Shown piece after piece: positions 63,208 to 64,000 of a DNA stretch of 64,000 bases. The notes beneath the pieces were generated by a model that worked only from the letters and a program-made list of their open reading frames with translations, did not search any database and was not told the DNA's origin. The DNA lies in NCBI GenBank assembly GCA_965153355.1, contig OZ231126.1, positions 15,686,001 through 15,750,000 of the forward strand, written 5' to 3'. Origin of the DNA: Flaccisagitta enflata (Eukaryota). Numbering within the stretch: the first letter of the stretch is position 1; each line of letters begins with the position of its first letter. The translations under genes were made by a program, and so were the position numbers.

Positions 63208-64000
63208 ATCAACCTAACAAATGTCAACCGCTGCATCAATAGACACGCTGTAAATTTTTGCGTCAGTTTTACGCCTTTCATTTACTCATATGTTTGATTC
63301 TTATGCAGTCAAGAAACAATCGCACGGTTTATTTTACAGCGTTTTTCAGCGTCGGAGTAAAAAAACTGTGAAACCAGATTTGGATTCCCCAGACATTATT
63401 TTACAAGGTAGTTCTGTTTACCACGATTTACCAAGCAATTTGGAGACACAAGCAATGATTTTCCAGCTATTACTCCTTTTTCTTTGTATTGAATCAAATT
63501 TCACGGGCAAAAAAAAACATGAAACTGGTCATTCCGATCAAAGATCTAGTGGAGTATCACTTAATATTTGCATATAAGATGAATTTCGAGCAAGGACTAT
63601 GATGTATATCGCGGTTTCAAAATTCTGACATTTTTTTTTCGCACCTAAATCTCCTTGATTTCCCACTTGCTTCTTGCCTACTTATAGGTCACTAAAACAC
63701 TGAAATAACTTTGAATTTTGGCGGAAGTTGCAAGCAAGAGCCTATTTTTGATGTATCGCGATTGCAAAAAAAATGGTGAAAATTGTGAAAAACCGTGGGT
63801 TGTAAAAAAGATTAAAGAAATCACAACTATGGCAAAATAAAAAAAGACAGTAATTTTCAAAATGATATTGTGAGCTCATTTTTCAGAGCAGCTTTATAAT
63901 TTTTTAGACTATGATAGTTTGTCAAATTTGCTAGCTAGCAAAAAAAATCAGATCTTGAAAAAGTTGATTTTTGCCACAGCAGTTTTTTTCCACCGCTATG

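Overview
Intron-rich eukaryotic DNA, most likely from an invertebrate animal; the taxon cannot be fixed from the sequence. Genes in order: (1) a 5'-truncated TRPM1/3-like cation channel (+, 27 exons traced, <1-17035, long C-tail with no kinase domain); (2) a satellite-filled TIR element (19.4-22.7 kb); (3) a Na+/H+ exchanger 8 gene (SLC9A8/NHE8-like, +, cut by an N-gap at 32259). One NHE8 intron holds two antisense nested genes only ~100 bp apart: a CRT-like (DMT-family) transporter with a frameshifting 25-nt duplication, and a COMTD1/CCoAOMT-type O-methyltransferase; (4) a secernin gene lacking its first and apparently its last exon; (5) a ~14.5 kb AT-rich, CpG-depleted block that ends in a ~1.1 kb inverted duplication; (6) a minus-strand kinase + KEN-ribonuclease gene with an RNase L-like DFD motif. 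Introns and intergenic DNA are crowded with MITEs (hAT, Tc1/mariner, pogo-like), DINE-1/Helentron-like repeats, a LINE fragment and micro/minisatellites. The best leads are the RNase L/IRE1-like kinase-KEN gene, the operon-like nested gene pair, and an apparent GG-AG intron in TRPM. All gene models are manual and have no transcript support.
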